A DNA stretch of 62,011 bases, filler included, from Sphacelaria rigidula (Eukaryota), in NCBI GenBank assembly GCA_964200075.2. It is 5 parts of 5 records of this genome, joined end to end, with 100 filler letters (N's around TTAATTAATTAA, not from the genome) between each part and the next. Parts side by side here need not be neighbours in the genome. Positions count along the whole stretch, not along the records: positions 37,268 to 49,589 come from CAXNAA020003888.1; positions 49,690 to 62,011 come from CAXNAA020003889.1; 3 more parts are not named here. The stretch is one strand, 5' to 3'. The notes under the pieces are model-generated. The model ran no database searches. It was not told the origin of the DNA and saw nothing but the letters and a program-made list of their open reading frames with translations. Both the position numbers and the translations under genes were made by a program. Positions 49,101 to 61,960 of this stretch are shown here, in pieces. The number at the start of each line of letters is the position of its first letter. The stretch's first letter is position 1.

Positions 49101-52100
49101 TCCTCTGTATCAGCCGCGCTACCTTGCCCAACGAGGCCAATTGGAGCCCACTAGAACTGGAAGGCGGAGAAATCACTTGGGCCATTAAGCGCCTTCGACA
49201 ATATCTGTTTCACGTGCCCTTCGAGATCTGTACGGATCACGGAGCACTTGAACAACTCGCCAAGGTTGGTGAACACAACCCTCGCGTACAACGATGGTTG
49301 GAGTTTCTAACAGCATACCAGTATACCATTAAGCACGCGAAAAATGAATTACCCTTTTTGGTTCCAAAAGCATCAAGATATACCTTCTTTTTTCTAATAC
49401 CCTCGTGCTTCTAAGCGCCGCGGCGTCTTCACGAGGCAGCCGTCCGAAGTGCTGTGTTGCAGCCCGATTCGTTTCGAATTTCTCCAAGAAAGAAGCTTCG
49501 GAGAAAAAATCAAGGGCAATATACAAAAAAGGGTACATCCTTATGCTTTTGGAGCAAAAAAGAGTAGCGCATTTTTCGCTTTGGGGCGCNNNNNNNNNNN
49601 NNNNNNNNNNNNNNNNNNNNNNNNNNNNNNNNNTTAATTAATTAANNNNNNNNNNNNNNNNNNNNNNNNNNNNNNNNNNNNNNNNNNNNTGTAGGGATGC
49701 GAGGTCAATGGTCTGATGACTATGGCATGCATGATCATGAGTACACCCCCCTCCACTCCCAGTGACTGCGAGCTTGGTCCGGCGGAAATCCGGTGTGCTC
49801 TGACCCGGCTCTGTAGAGATGCGAGGTCAATGGTCTTATGACTACGGTATGCAAGATCATGAGTATACCCCCCCAGGCCTCGCTCATATGGTGAGCTTTT
49901 GCTTTTATCGAGGAGGTGGGTACGGACCTGCGGTCGGCAGGACGCGTTCTGGTTGCTGTGTCAAATTCGCCGGGAATGCTGTACGTACTGATGATGAGAA
50001 ACCATATTGTTTGCTTACACTTATTTTGCAGCAGAACATGATATGTCTCGTGTGTGATACATGTCGCAATTCAAGCGGGTCATGATCCAGCGATCGAACT
50101 AACTGTTGGGTTCCTACGCGAACGTACATAACCGCTTGAATATTCATAGGCGAAAGTTTAATATGAAATTCGATATTCGGGGGCTACCATGTGGGCTTGG
50201 CCTGACTGACTTGTATTGATATCATGCCTACCACCAGATCGAGTGCACCAAAAGTACTGAACTCTTCAAATGTGAGGTCAGCTCACCACTTGGCCGTTCG
50301 ACGTTCTCCAAGAAATTTCTCGGAAATATATTATCTCGAACTACGAGCTGGGCCAGCCTAGAAACGGATTTACGCTCTGAAAGCAATATCTCATCGACAC
50401 GGACGAGTTGGGCCATGATCTGCATAGTGTATTCATCGTCTAATCAAGGGGAAGGTGCCCACCTGCTCAAAAATCTGGGCCAACATTTCCTTGTTGATCG
50501 AATCCCATGTCTAGTCATTCCTATACCTAACGGAGATGGCGTCCATACTAAAATCTATATGAAACTCCGATCGATGAATCTAGCGGATGACGACGATTTT
50601 TGGTGTGGACCTTCCCTGGAGCATGGGGAGACGATATATACCCTCACCTTCACCCAATTCGTAATCTATCTCGAGATATGGTGCACATAAGTTTCCATAC
50701 TAAAATCGATGTATGACAAGCAGAGGCCCCAAATGCCCTAAATATGGATATCGCGTCTCAGTTTTCAAGAGTTATGCCATGAAATTTGGTATGGAGGACC
50801 GCTACTGCATGATGGAGCTAAAAAAAGACATCTGTGACTTTTTTTTTGTTTTTTATGAGTTTTGGGGGGGTTCTGGGGCAGTTTTGAGGAGAAATGAGCA
50901 CTGCTCTTTGGCCTCGTCTCTATTTTTTTGCTCAATTTTTAGAATTGTGGTTTTGACCTCAGCATGGAGAACCACAGAGGTATGTTGAATAATAAAAGAA
51001 ATGGGCCTTCATTTTTTGGAAGGTGGGGGAAGAGGTTCCGGCGTTCTCGTAAAAACATGGTCGTTACCATACCAAAACGCCCTAAACCAGTGAAAGAAAA
51101 AAAATCAACCTCACCCACCTTGTATCGTTAATTGTGCCCTAGCCACGGCCCACAAAAATTTTCAATACACAAACACCAATCGTGGGCCGGTAAGTGGCCT
51201 GCAAAATACTGTTCCGAAATTATTCTGACCCCGTCATCAAACGGCCCCTCAACCGGCCGATATTTAGAGTTGGACCCTGAATTTTGGTATAGATAATGAA
51301 TAGGACATGATGAAAACAAATACCAGTGCACACCACTTTTTGTTTTTTTCACGAGTTCAGGGCAATAATCAGTTTTTGGTATGAACAATGAATAGGGCAT
51401 AATAAAAACAAATACCAGTGTACACAAGTTTTTTTTTTTCTCCCTGAGTTAAGGACAAAAATTAGTTTTCAGGTATCAGTACAATGCCCTTAACTCATGA
51501 AGAAAAAAGCCTTGTGTGCACTCGTATTTGGTTTTCCTATGCCCTATTCATTGTCCATACCAAATTTCAGGGTCCAATTCTAAATATTGGCCGGCTAATG
51601 GGCCTGCAAACTACGAATTCGCTTCTCGGCTGGCCCAGCTCGTATCGACAATCCGAACTCGAACCCAAGGCATACCGAGAACCTACGGCGAGGGGTATGC
51701 AAGGTGTTTGTTCCCTAGACAAAGTGCGGCGTCGGTAGACCTCAAATCGGCCCACAGGCGCCGATTTATACAAAAATGCGTTCTGCGCACGCCAGGAAAA
51801 CTTGGGACTGTCAATCCTCCTAAAGATACGAATATCGATGTTCACACTCGATTCAAGTGATAAAAACCGGGTGAAGTTTTCCAAAAGATTCAATCGACTC
51901 AGCGGTAAACTTTACTACTAAATGTAGACTGTAAAAGGTCCCGGGCCTAATTTCATTTCTGCTTGTTTTTTTCTTCTTTCCAGTTCACTCTGTTTTGTCT
52001 GTTCTACCAAACCTTTCTGTTCTCTTTTTCGCTTTTATTCGGCGTGTTTTCCCGTGTTGTCTTGGGTACGTCTATCATGTGGATAATGACCAGGACTGGA

Positions 52101-52589
52101 CTACTGGGGCATCACTTAATTTGTGCGATAATCAATTATATCAAAACAGTCTCTCATCACATTTCACCCTTTTATTCACATCCTTCGTCGATTGATGAAA
52201 GATTCCCGGGTAGCAACCACGCGTACATATTGTCTTCCCCTTGTCCAAAAGGGGGGACCTACAGAAATGTACGTCAACGATGGTTGGTACTATGGAGATG
52301 CTGCCAATCCTAACCCCAACCCGAACCCGAACCCTAACCACGACCAAGGCATACCAAGAACCCTCGGGCAAGGGGGGTGCAAAGTGTTTCTTACGCGAAG
52401 GGTGCGTTGCCAGTGCTCAAATCGACGCCTTTCAGCCGGTTTTGGACCGAAACACGTTCTGGAGAAGCTGGGTCTACTGCTCACCACTGCTCACCCGTCC
52501 CGAATAATAAATTTTCTCGGAACTTTCTTCACTCTGAAATCAAGTCAAATCGAGTATCAACCACTGTTTGCGTACATAGGATTAGGGGT

Positions 52590-54881
52590 AGGAGCCCTTG
52601 GATAGTGTTTTCTGGTCTGCGAAGAACTTTGCTTTACAAATCTTGGTGGGAACCAGTTCGTAGCCATCGGCGACAAAGCGCAGGCCTTGATCGCGGTGCA
52701 GTTCGTGGGCTGCTGCGCCACGACGCATGTTGCGATATTTCTTGTTGTGAGCAATATGCTGATGTTGGGGTTGCGTCCAGTATAGGAGGATTGCACGGCG
52801 GTGCAATTGAAGGTCGGATTCGCGTTCCCAAGATGCTCTCCGAAGACCTTGCCAGTGGGTCTTATTCATGACGGCAATTTTGCCGTCTCGACCACGAGTG
52901 ATTTGGTGACCGGATATGGCAGAAACCGTAAGGCGGAGGGGCTGTTCCGTCACGTCATCAGTGGTGACGTGGTAGAGCGGAGACTTAGTGGAGTAGCTGT
53001 TGAGAACGTACTGTGTAAGTCCTGCATGTTCGAAAAGAGATCGGAGTGACGCCGGGACGGAGGGTAATCTAAAAGGGCAGCGTTTTGCAGTGCCCAAGGT
53101 CCGTCTTGGATCGGGAAAATCGGTATTGGTACTGTAGGACATCACTCATTCCTCGGATGACTGCCGGTTCCCAGCCGGGCCCACGGAGGTCAAAGTTGAT
53201 GTCGCGCATGTGTGGCGGCAATTGGTGCCACATTTGCAAGAAACTATTCCGAGAATCGGGTGACAGGCGTTGAAGCACTTCATCGGGAGGATCGGAACTT
53301 GACTGGGCAGGTTCCACGGTGTGAACTTGGGGTGGAGTCGCGGAAGCAAGATCGAGATAAGGTTCATCGACACAATGGACCGACTCCGTCAGCGATGTTG
53401 CGTTTGGTGCAGTAGGCTCTGTTAGCACGTTTCGAGTGGAATGTGCATCAGGGGAGCAGCGGCGATTCCTAAAATATCGCCGGGTTCCAAGTTGGCATGA
53501 CCCGTACGAGGGAGGAGTTGTTGTCCCGCCGAGACAAGATGTTCTGTGTCGACTGGGGCGCCGATGCGGGGTAGCATTTCGGCGAACTAATGCAACTCTT
53601 AGAAGTTGAGGGTCTTCGGAGAGTGAAATACCAACGCTACCATTATATCGCAGGTGGTAAGCAGCTCCGGTCGCTTGAGTGTTTTTTTGGTAGGCCAGGG
53701 CGCCGTGGGGTGTACGATAGTGTTCAAGGTTGAAATCCCCACGGGGCTTGGAATGTGGTGATGGTGGTGGAAGCGTGCGGTAGGTTCGTTAATCAAACCG
53801 CATGTAGCTATCTCTGCCCAAAAATATGGCATGATCCATGGTGCTATCGGGGACAACGTATGCCCAGACGGCCAGGCTGGCAGAACGAGTGGTTTCGTGA
53901 AAAAATTGTACACTGAGACGTACGGATATTCGTGTCGTCAGGGGTGCAGTAGAATCACCGAAACCCCCCCATACTCGAGGTTGGGTGGAGGTTTCACAAG
54001 CTGCAGTACCAGCGCCAGTTTGCTTCATGTGTTCCCATGTAATTTTTCAAACGAATGTCTGCGGGCTGCCGCTGTCCAACAAGGATATGCATTTCGTAGG
54101 CGTGGTGGCGTTGGGACCAGAGTGAATCGCGACACGTGTAGTAAAAGTGGCAGGATCCACAGACACCTTGTCACCGACAAGGTCCGGACCGTGTTCCGGC
54201 AAAGTGAATTGGTCGGGATCGGCGTGGCCGACAGCAAAAACAGAAGGCGGTTGGTCCGCCCGTGGGTCAGATTTCTCACCAAAGAAGGTGGACGGATTAT
54301 CATTTCGAGGTGTGGCACGGTTAGGGTGACCATTAGCGATTTCATAAATGATCGTCTTTGGTTGGCAGGGATCACCGTCTAAGGCAGATCCAGATTGTGT
54401 TTGCGTGGAGTCGTCTATTGAAAAAGAAGAGGCGTCAGAAATATCTGATTCCGTTTCTTCCGTGATACATGATAGAGCCGGCGAGCTCGAAGCCGTCGCA
54501 TTTTGGAGGGATTGAGGTCGAGGATTTCCGCTCGAAAGAGGTGTACATAGTGATGCGCACGCGTCCTTGGGGGCATGCTTACGGGGCTTTCTCTTTCGCC
54601 GTGACAAAGGGCGGGGAACTTCCAAAGCATTCGGGGATGAGACCACAACTGCGTCCAGTCGGGTGGATGGGGTCAGCATCAGGGCATAATCGGGCGAAGC
54701 TTGTGGGCTGCTTTCCGTAGGCAAGCTTGGCGGGGGAGACATGGCCGAAGGTATTCTGTGGCGGGTGTTATTTGAAGCTGCCAAAGGTAGTTTTGCGAGG
54801 GTTGAAAATCGTGGGGAAGGAGCTCGATCCAACTGGTGGAGGGTTACATGATCCGATGCGGGCAAATTCAAATCTGCAACG
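52590..54881 (-). mobile_element. Ty3/Gypsy family B copy 2, internally deleted (PR region fused to the integrase C-terminus/chromodomain)
   Basis: 54871-53040 matches 46287-48130 (LLDSGSPQTF, RSKTDLGHCKTLPF). It then jumps at ~53025 to ISGHQITRGRDGKIAVMNKTHWQGLRRASWERESDL, which is chromodomain-like. Confidence 0.88.
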
Positions 54882-55690
54882 AAACGCTTCTACGGCCACA
54901 GCTGCCCACTCCGCCGCCCTTCGGGCCCATGCGGAACATCAATCGGTAATGACCGACTGCAAGCGAAAGGTTGCCGAACTGGCGGCCCACATAGACCGCA
55001 CGCGGAGCACGCCGCGTCGGCGACAAATCTACTTTCGGCACATCAGGCCTCGCGCACACGCGCTACGTCCCTCTACCCTTCTCCGCCCGCACAGCGGACC
55101 GCCGTGGCCACCCCGCCATCAGGCTCGGGCTCTTCGCCACCTGCCGGGCATCGCATACCCCGCAAGCAAGAAACCGGCATCCCCGATGCCACCTCTGCAG
55201 CCACCGCCGACCTTTCTCTCGCTCCCCACGAGGCCACCTGGCTCGTGCATACGGTTCGAGACTTCTCTGGAAAGTTTTCCATAAATAACCCCCTGCAGAG
55301 CTCGCGGACAGTCTGGGATGCCGCCCACTACATCGCTCTGGTCGCGTTAGGTCTATATATTGGTCTATATATATTGACCAGGGCGGGCCACTCACGGTTA
55401 CGGACCCCCATGACCTAACGAATCAGAGCCAGACTCACTACCCGCAGCACGCGCCGCGTGTGCTGTTACCGGAGTCGGAGGCACGGCCAGACGCGGGGCC
55501 GCAGCCGACCGCTGGGACCGCATAACCGGACCTCCCCCCCCCACCCTTACCACAAGTACCCTTCGCACCTGACATGACCAAAAAAACTCTCGAGCAGATG
55601 ACCGAAATCCCCAAGCAGAAGCACAGCAAGCCAATCGTCGACGCCACTCTCAGGAACCTGCATTTCGCTCTTGAAACACGGAGGTTCCTG
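54882..55690 (+). other. Decayed coding fragment, probably ORF1/gag-like of another retroelement
   Basis: GC-rich broken frames (MTDCKRKVAELAAHID, WLVHTVRDFSGKF, MTKKTLEQMTEIPK) abut the family B breakpoint. No diagnostic motif. Confidence 0.3.
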
Positions 55691-56429
55691 CTTCTCGCGT
55701 GTAGATTCTTGTGTCTGTGTTTCTGTTGTGGGACTAACGCTCCGAGCCGAGAAGAGCTGCTGAGGTGGTAGCCGAGGATGTCTCGTTGTAGATGGGTGTA
55801 GTTGCAGGAGGAAAGTAGCCAAAACTTGAGTCGTCTGAGTTTTATATATCTTTTAGTAGTACCTAGTATTATTGCAGCAAACCAAAATCCAGTTGTTGTG
55901 GGGATGGTGAGAACTGAAAGGGGGTGGGGCGTGCCGAACGCTGCACAGCTCGCTCGAAAACACCACGAGAAGATGCCCCGCACCTGGTCGTCACATTCGA
56001 TCCGCTACACGACAGCTCCTTGCTACCCTATTCGTCCCTCAACCGTCCCTAAGCATCCAATCAAGACACCTCTGACCAAGGAATATCTCCAAGACTCTTG
56101 CCACTCTCGCATCCACATCAACACATTCTGTGTAATACTCCTGCATCACCCTGTCTGTGTCAACATCAAACCTGTCTGTGTCAACCCTCTGGAAACTGTC
56201 AAAGACTCCCCAGTGCGGTACTGCAGTTATACTCCACTATACCTCTGATAACACCCCTTTTACTCACATCACTGTTTTTTACCAGGCATGTTCTCGTCTA
56301 ATGATCCACTGAAAGCTAAGCTCACCACATTGAACCAATAACTGTCCAGACTCATTGACGGGTCTGAGCGTGATAACAGGCTAATATGCTATACTAATAT
56401 GCTCCTACATGACAGGGTCAAATAGGAGG

Positions 56430-57868
56430 AAGATCAACACAGGAGTTTTTTTTTTTTTCAGAACCCCACCTTCCTTCTCCGGTGCTTGCCTTTTTATTTT
56501 TTATCGCGAGGGGGGTTCAGCAGTACCTTAATCTCGTCGACCGTTAAATCGAATTTTGTGTACCCACGACATGGTCGTTCTCCACTGTTGGGCATGGTGT
56601 GAGGAAAAAAATCCAAGGGTAGGTCGAGTAGAGCACGTACTCTCGAGTACTCAAGTAAAATACTCGAGTATTTACTCTACTCGACGTTTGAGTAGGTCGA
56701 GTACGGCCTCAAATACTCTACTCAAATCTTGAGTAGGTTGAGTATGACCTCAAATACTCGACTCAAATATTGAGTAAGCACTCTCAGTAATACTTGAGCA
56801 TAGAGTATCACTTGAGTATGACCTCAATACTGTACCCGAATTTTGAGTAGGTCGAGTACGACCTCTAATACTCTACTCAAATTTTGAGTAGGTTGAGTAT
56901 GGTCTCAAACACTCTACTCGAATTTCGAGTAGATCGAGTACGACGTCAAATATTCTAGTCAACTATTGAGTAAGCACTCTGAGTAATACTTGAGTATAGA
57001 GTACCCCCTGGGTATGGTGTGAGTATCCCTGACAGTCGGCGACTTCGTGACGTCACTTACAGACTATGTTGAATGCATGGGCGGACGATAGCCATCAATT
57101 AGATGGGCGGCGTTACATCACAACCAACTAGTGATTGAGCGAATGATGGCCCTATAAATATCTAAAAAGCGTGCAGGTGAATTAACCTACCAGCCCCAGT
57201 GCCCCATCTCACCAGCCGATTTAGTATGGAAACGACCATTTTTCCAAGGGTAGGTCGAGTAGAGTATGTACTTTTTAGTACTCGAGTGAAATACTCGACT
57301 ATTTACTCTACTCGATGTTTGAGTAGGTCGAGTACGGCCTCCAATACTCTACTCAGATTTTGAGTAGGTCGAGTATGACCTCAATACTCTACTCAACTAT
57401 TGAGTAAGCACTCTCAGCAATACTTGAGTATAGACTATCACTTGAGTATGACCTCAATACTCTACTCAAGTTTTGAATACGTTGAGTACGGCCCCAAATA
57501 CTCTACTCAAATTTTGAGTAGATCGAGTACGATCTCAAATACTCTACTCAAATTTTGAGTAAGCACTCTGAGTAATACTTGAGAATAGAGTATCACTCGA
57601 GTATGACCTCAATACTCTACTCAAATTTCGAGCAGATTGAGTACAATCTCAAATACTCTACCCCTATAATTGGGTAGGTTGAGTACGACCTCAAATACTC
57701 TACTCAAACTTTGAGTGCGAAAAGTATGACTCTTCAAAAATACTGAGTATTTGGTATACTCTACTCAACCTACCCTTGAAAACCCCCCAGAATCTCCGAG
57801 ATTTGAACTCATGACTCAATCATCAGAAGGTTTCGAGGCTACCCAACTGAGCTACGGGGGCGACCGGC
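56430..57868 (-). mobile_element. tRNA-derived SINE split by a DNA transposon
   Basis: Minus-strand head GCCGGTCGCCCCCGTAGCTCAGTTGG (A box, 57843-57854) and GAGTTCAAATC (B box, 57800-57810). The body appears to resume left of 56614 and runs to an A-rich tract at ~56446-56458. Confidence 0.65.
56614..57778. mobile_element. Non-autonomous hAT-like element with TACTCTACTCAA arrays
   Basis: TIR CAAGGGTAGGTCGAGTAGAG at 56614 (repeated at 57245) and CTCTACTCAACCTACCCTTG ending at 57778. Flanks AAAAAATC / AAAACCCC are only an imperfect TSD. Confidence 0.78.
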
Positions 57869-58297
57869 TCGTCCACTGGTCCAAAACCCCTCGAAAACAA
57901 CTAGAAACCCCTCGCATCCACCAAACCACAGAGAAAGAGGTATTTATGTTTCTATTCATACCACTGCTCTGATGGGGGAAACGTGACTGCAGGAGGCGAA
58001 CTGCAGAGATGATTCTCAAGGTTCACGTCATGCACGCCTTCACCGTGTGTGGTGTGTTTAACGTCTCGTAAGGACGGATGGTGTATATCTTCAGCTTGTT
58101 GGAATTTTGTCTTCGCTGCTGCTTGATTCAGATTGCTTGTTGTCAGATTAGTCACGCAGGGATCTGAAATTGTTTTGAAGCCCGAGTGTACCGCAATACT
58201 ACGTGTGACTTGTTCACGTTATGGCTACTTATCTGCGTCAGATGTCCTTACCCCCTCCCGCCCCCCCGCGCGCTTTTTCCCATGTGGCATGGACTAG

Positions 58298-58426
58298 GAC
58301 ATCATCAACGTGGAGCTGCCGCGCGCCGTACCGCTGGTATATCGACTGGATGAAAATTTGAAGCCCATCGCTTTCGACAACGCGGCTCCTTACCTCAGCG
58401 GCGAGTACGCTGGAGACCCAGAGGAG
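58298..58426 (+). CDS. Exon of a 2,3-BPG-dependent phosphoglycerate mutase-like protein (C-terminal part)
   Basis: AG|GAC..GAG|GTGAGA exon encoding DIINVELPRAVPLVYRLDENLKPI..YAGDPEE. This resembles the dPGM consensus I..LNIPTG.PLVYELD.NLKP..YLGD.E. Confidence 0.75.
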
Positions 58427-58884
58427 GTGAGAGGGTCGCCGATTTTGGAGGAGCAGGGAGGGGGGAGAGAGAGGTTGGGGGGCAGGGGGCGTACTTAGTT
58501 GTTGCTTGCCTCAGTCGTTTGACCATTGACCGCGCATCCCTTTCGAGACGGAGCATCCTTCCTGCTCTTGGGAGAGACATCCCCAACATTTGGGCGCTCA
58601 TTACGTTTATTTTATACATTGTAGAAGAAACTTTTACATATTTTATCCTCGTCCTGTTTCGCCGACTGTGGCCAGCATGTATCCAATGTAGTATTAGCCT
58701 AAATGATCCCCCGAATCAAGTAAGTCGTGTGATCCTTCTCGGAACAGTATTTTACATCAAAACCAACCTTTCATTACTATACAAGAAGTAAACGGCTCGG
58801 CAAGAGTCACAAAAAAAGCGGAGCAGTTCAACGGTCTCGACAAAACAGAAGAGACCACAAACAGCAAAAATGTTTTCGACCCAA

Positions 58885-59780
58885 TACACAGCCTGCCACA
58901 GAAGAGCGGACAAAAACATGTACTGTCCCTTTCACATGCTCGCAGCACCCTGCGCTGTACATGGGTGTAGGCTTTCAATGATTAAAACAGTGCAGTAGAG
59001 GAGTGACCACTTGTTGTTCCTCACAAGCACTGAAACCCAACAGAGCAGTGTGGCATGGCATGCTGCTCAAGAGCCGTCGCAAATGAAGTACTGATTCCCC
59101 CCAAAACGAACAATTACAAGACATGCTGCAGCCTGCCACGTAAGAGCGGACAAAAACATGTACCTGTCCCTTTCACATTGCTGGCGACACCGTGCACTGT
59201 ACTATGGCTGTGGACATTCGTTGATATAAAACAGTGCAGTACAGGAGTGACCACGTGTTGTTTTTCACAAGCACTGAAACCCAACAGAGCGGTGTGGCAT
59301 GCCATGCTGCTCAAGAGCCGTCGCAAATGAAGTACTGATTCCCCAAAAAACGAACAATTACAAGACATGCTGCAGCCTGCCACGTAAGAGCGGACAAAAA
59401 CATGTACCTGTCGCTTTCACATTGCTGGCGACACCCTGCACTGTACTATGGCTATGGGCATTCGTTGATATCAAACAGTGCAGCACAGGAGTGATTCTTT
59501 GCAAGCACTGAAATATTTCTCCTGTAGTAACCACATTACTGTACATCACGACAAACCGCCATCGACTGCATCCACACTTCTCACCGACTAATTGCCAGCA
59601 CGCCATGCTGCTCAAGAGCCGTCGCAAATGAAGTACTGATTCCCCAAAAAACGAACAATTACAAGACATGCTGCAGCCTGCCACGGAAGAGCGGACAAAA
59701 ACATGTACCTGTCCCTTTTACATTGCTGGCGACACCCTGCACTGTACTATGGCTATGGGCATTCGTTGATATCAAACAGC
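58885..59780. repeat. Tandem repeat, ~244-bp unit, ~3.5 copies
   Basis: CATGCTGCTCAAGAGCCGTCGCAAATGAAGTACTGATTCCCC at 59059, 59303 and 59604; a diverged partial copy at ~58885. Confidence 0.9.
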
Positions 59781-61209
59781 AACAGCTCACACACAGAGAC
59801 TAACCACCAACAACCCTTCAACTTGTCGTAGATGCCTGGCAGGCAGGAAACCCAGTTGCTTTTGTGTGTACAGATTGGGTATGTTTTTTAGATATGCACT
59901 TCTACAGACGGTACAGCATCATTGCGAATATTTCTCGCAATACAATTGTGGTGACCGCAGCGTGTGTGGTTCTCGACGCAGTGAGCGTGACAACCTCTAT
60001 ATACCGTTAGCATATTATACCATGCGGTGAAATAACAAACTAAATCGTATCGTTCCACAGGTATAGCTCTGATTGTGTTGGGTTGTGTGGTAAGCCTTTG
60101 CATGTGCCCTCGGCACCCAATCAGCGATCGCTTCTCGAAAGGAGAATTTCGAAAAGGGAGTAATCCCCTTCCATAACAAGAGTTCTAACCAACTGAGCTT
60201 GATTATACTTGATTGAAATGCAATATTAATGATCAATGCAGGGATGCACGAAAAATTCTTCCCGCACACCCATATCATGTACCCTCCTTTTTTTTTGGAC
60301 TCATCAGGAACGGGGTAGGGTACTAGATCACCATTCCCCATCCCCTCTCCCCCTCCCCCCCCAAACGCCATACAATCTCCCATAAAGCGATCGCATACTA
60401 AGCTCTATACACAATTAGGGAGTGTCCGAGGTGGGGTACCTCCCTTTTATATGTGTGCGCGGGGTAGTATACGATCCACATACCCCCCTGATACGGAGGT
60501 GCAGAAACGTGAATGTAAAAATAAAAATAGAATAAATGAAAATCAAATAAAGTAATTAGAATGCAACAAAAATAGAGATGACTAAAAAAAAAAGTGAAAA
60601 AAAATAATACCATGAAAAATGAGAAAAGAAAATAGGAAGAGTAGAAAAGAAGGTACGTCAGGGCTGTTAACTGGACCAGTTTATACTGTCGATCAAACTG
60701 GAACTGCAGTTAAACGGGAACTGGCGACGAGGGTGCTCATCATAGATTCGTTCTGTCATAACCGATTTACACAAGCAGCTTCTTCTTGGATGCGAGTTAT
60801 GGCTGTTCTTTCGCAACTTTTGTCTGAGGTTTCCGCAGGGGGTGGTCTTGGTTGGGGATTGTCTCCAACCAAAACCACCGTCAGATGAAGCCAATCCAAC
60901 CAACCCACAGCAGCATGCAGGTGTTCCCGACAAGTAAGAGTCGTGAGTACTTGGTGCGTGTTTGAGGGTTAACTTGCATTATACAGGCGGAAGAACGGAA
61001 AAACGTAAACCGGTGTTTTTTTCGGTCCTCCGGGGGGGTAGGAGGGCGGGTACATCGGTGTGCGGGACATGATTTTTCGTGTACTAGATCAATGGCTTAT
61101 TCTATGAGGGTCAGCGAGGGTAGGCCGTGATACGTTGGTGTGCAACCCTATTCTGGACAAAAATGCTTTTCGATCAGACTGAAAACTGATAGTTGTGGGA
61201 GCAATCACT

Positions 61210-61960
61210 TACGCGGCTATTTAGCTACCCCCAAAATTCGTTTAGGACGGTCAACTGATCGAGCCTCCAGAGGAATTAAACGCCTCCGGAGGGGTGCGCG
61301 ACCCTCCCGCGGAATATTTTTTGGTTTCCTCAAGAGGGGTTAAACGCCTCCGGAGGCATGTTTTTTCGTCGAGAGGGCCGCGCATCCCTCGGACGGCATT
61401 TTGCTACCCCCGAATTCCTCCGGAGGAGTGCGCGGGTCTCTAGGGCGGTATAGTGTTTGGTTTCCTCCAGAGGGATTGAAGGCCTTCGGAGGTTTGTTTC
61501 ACCTCTGGAGGGCCGCTCATACCCCCGGAAGCATCTTGGGAGGTAGCCAAATGGCCGCGTGTGCAATTTTCAAGTATGACTTCCATCTGTCGGCGTGTCT
61601 TAGGCCCTGTCTTAGCACATTAGTTTTCGATCGAAGAGCAAAAATCCTGATCTCATAGGTTGTAATTTCAACCATTTTTTTTAATTTTAAAGATGATTGA
61701 AATCATGATTTATCAGATCAGGATTCTTGTTCTCCACCTCACTTTTTCGATCGAAAACTCAAGTGCCAAGGGACTGTCTCGGCACTTTTTTTTTCGATCG
61801 AAATATTGCGGTCGATTTTTTTTTGGCAGATCTCATAGGTCCACCGCATTTGTGTTCCTTGAAAGCTTCATATCAAAATTATAATTAGCGGCGCGCGGAG
61901 AAGAATGCAACGAGGTAAAAAACAAGTGTTTTCGATCGAAAACATGCGGTCGAAAGGCAT
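61210..61960. repeat. Two adjacent short repeat-rich elements (AAACGCCTCCGGAGG units; TTTTCGATCGAAAA palindromes)
   Basis: Direct and inverted CCTCCGGAGG motifs at 61260-61545; TTCGATCGAA at ~61627, 61747, 61794 and 61931. Confidence 0.45.

Larger units (their letters stand above)
41847..49330 (+). mobile_element. Ty3/Gypsy family B copy 1 (LTR, long 5' ORFs, PR-RT-RH; truncated before the integrase)
   Basis: ORFs 42823-43740 and 43897-45111; knuckle remnant CIN..GHSMRDC ~45450; pol 46287-48443 with LLDSGS and SPWASPLVVV.QKDG..NYQRLN; MPQG, MYLDD and RNase H TDAS..TDH in 48485-49330. Confidence 0.93.

Noticed and set aside
49909-49980. EEVGTDLRSAGRVLVAVSNS resembling the dPGM segment before HGNS
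   Set aside because: It lacks the catalytic His motif and convincing splice sites; likely chance.
55915-56378. Possible PPT plus solo LTR
   Set aside because: No matching inverted termini, TSD or second copy in the window.
56614-57778. CRISPR-like appearance of the short repeat arrays (also 29050-30740 and 15400-17290)
   Set aside because: Units are degenerate and contiguous without unique spacers, two of the arrays are TIR-bounded, there are no cas genes, and the context is eukaryotic.
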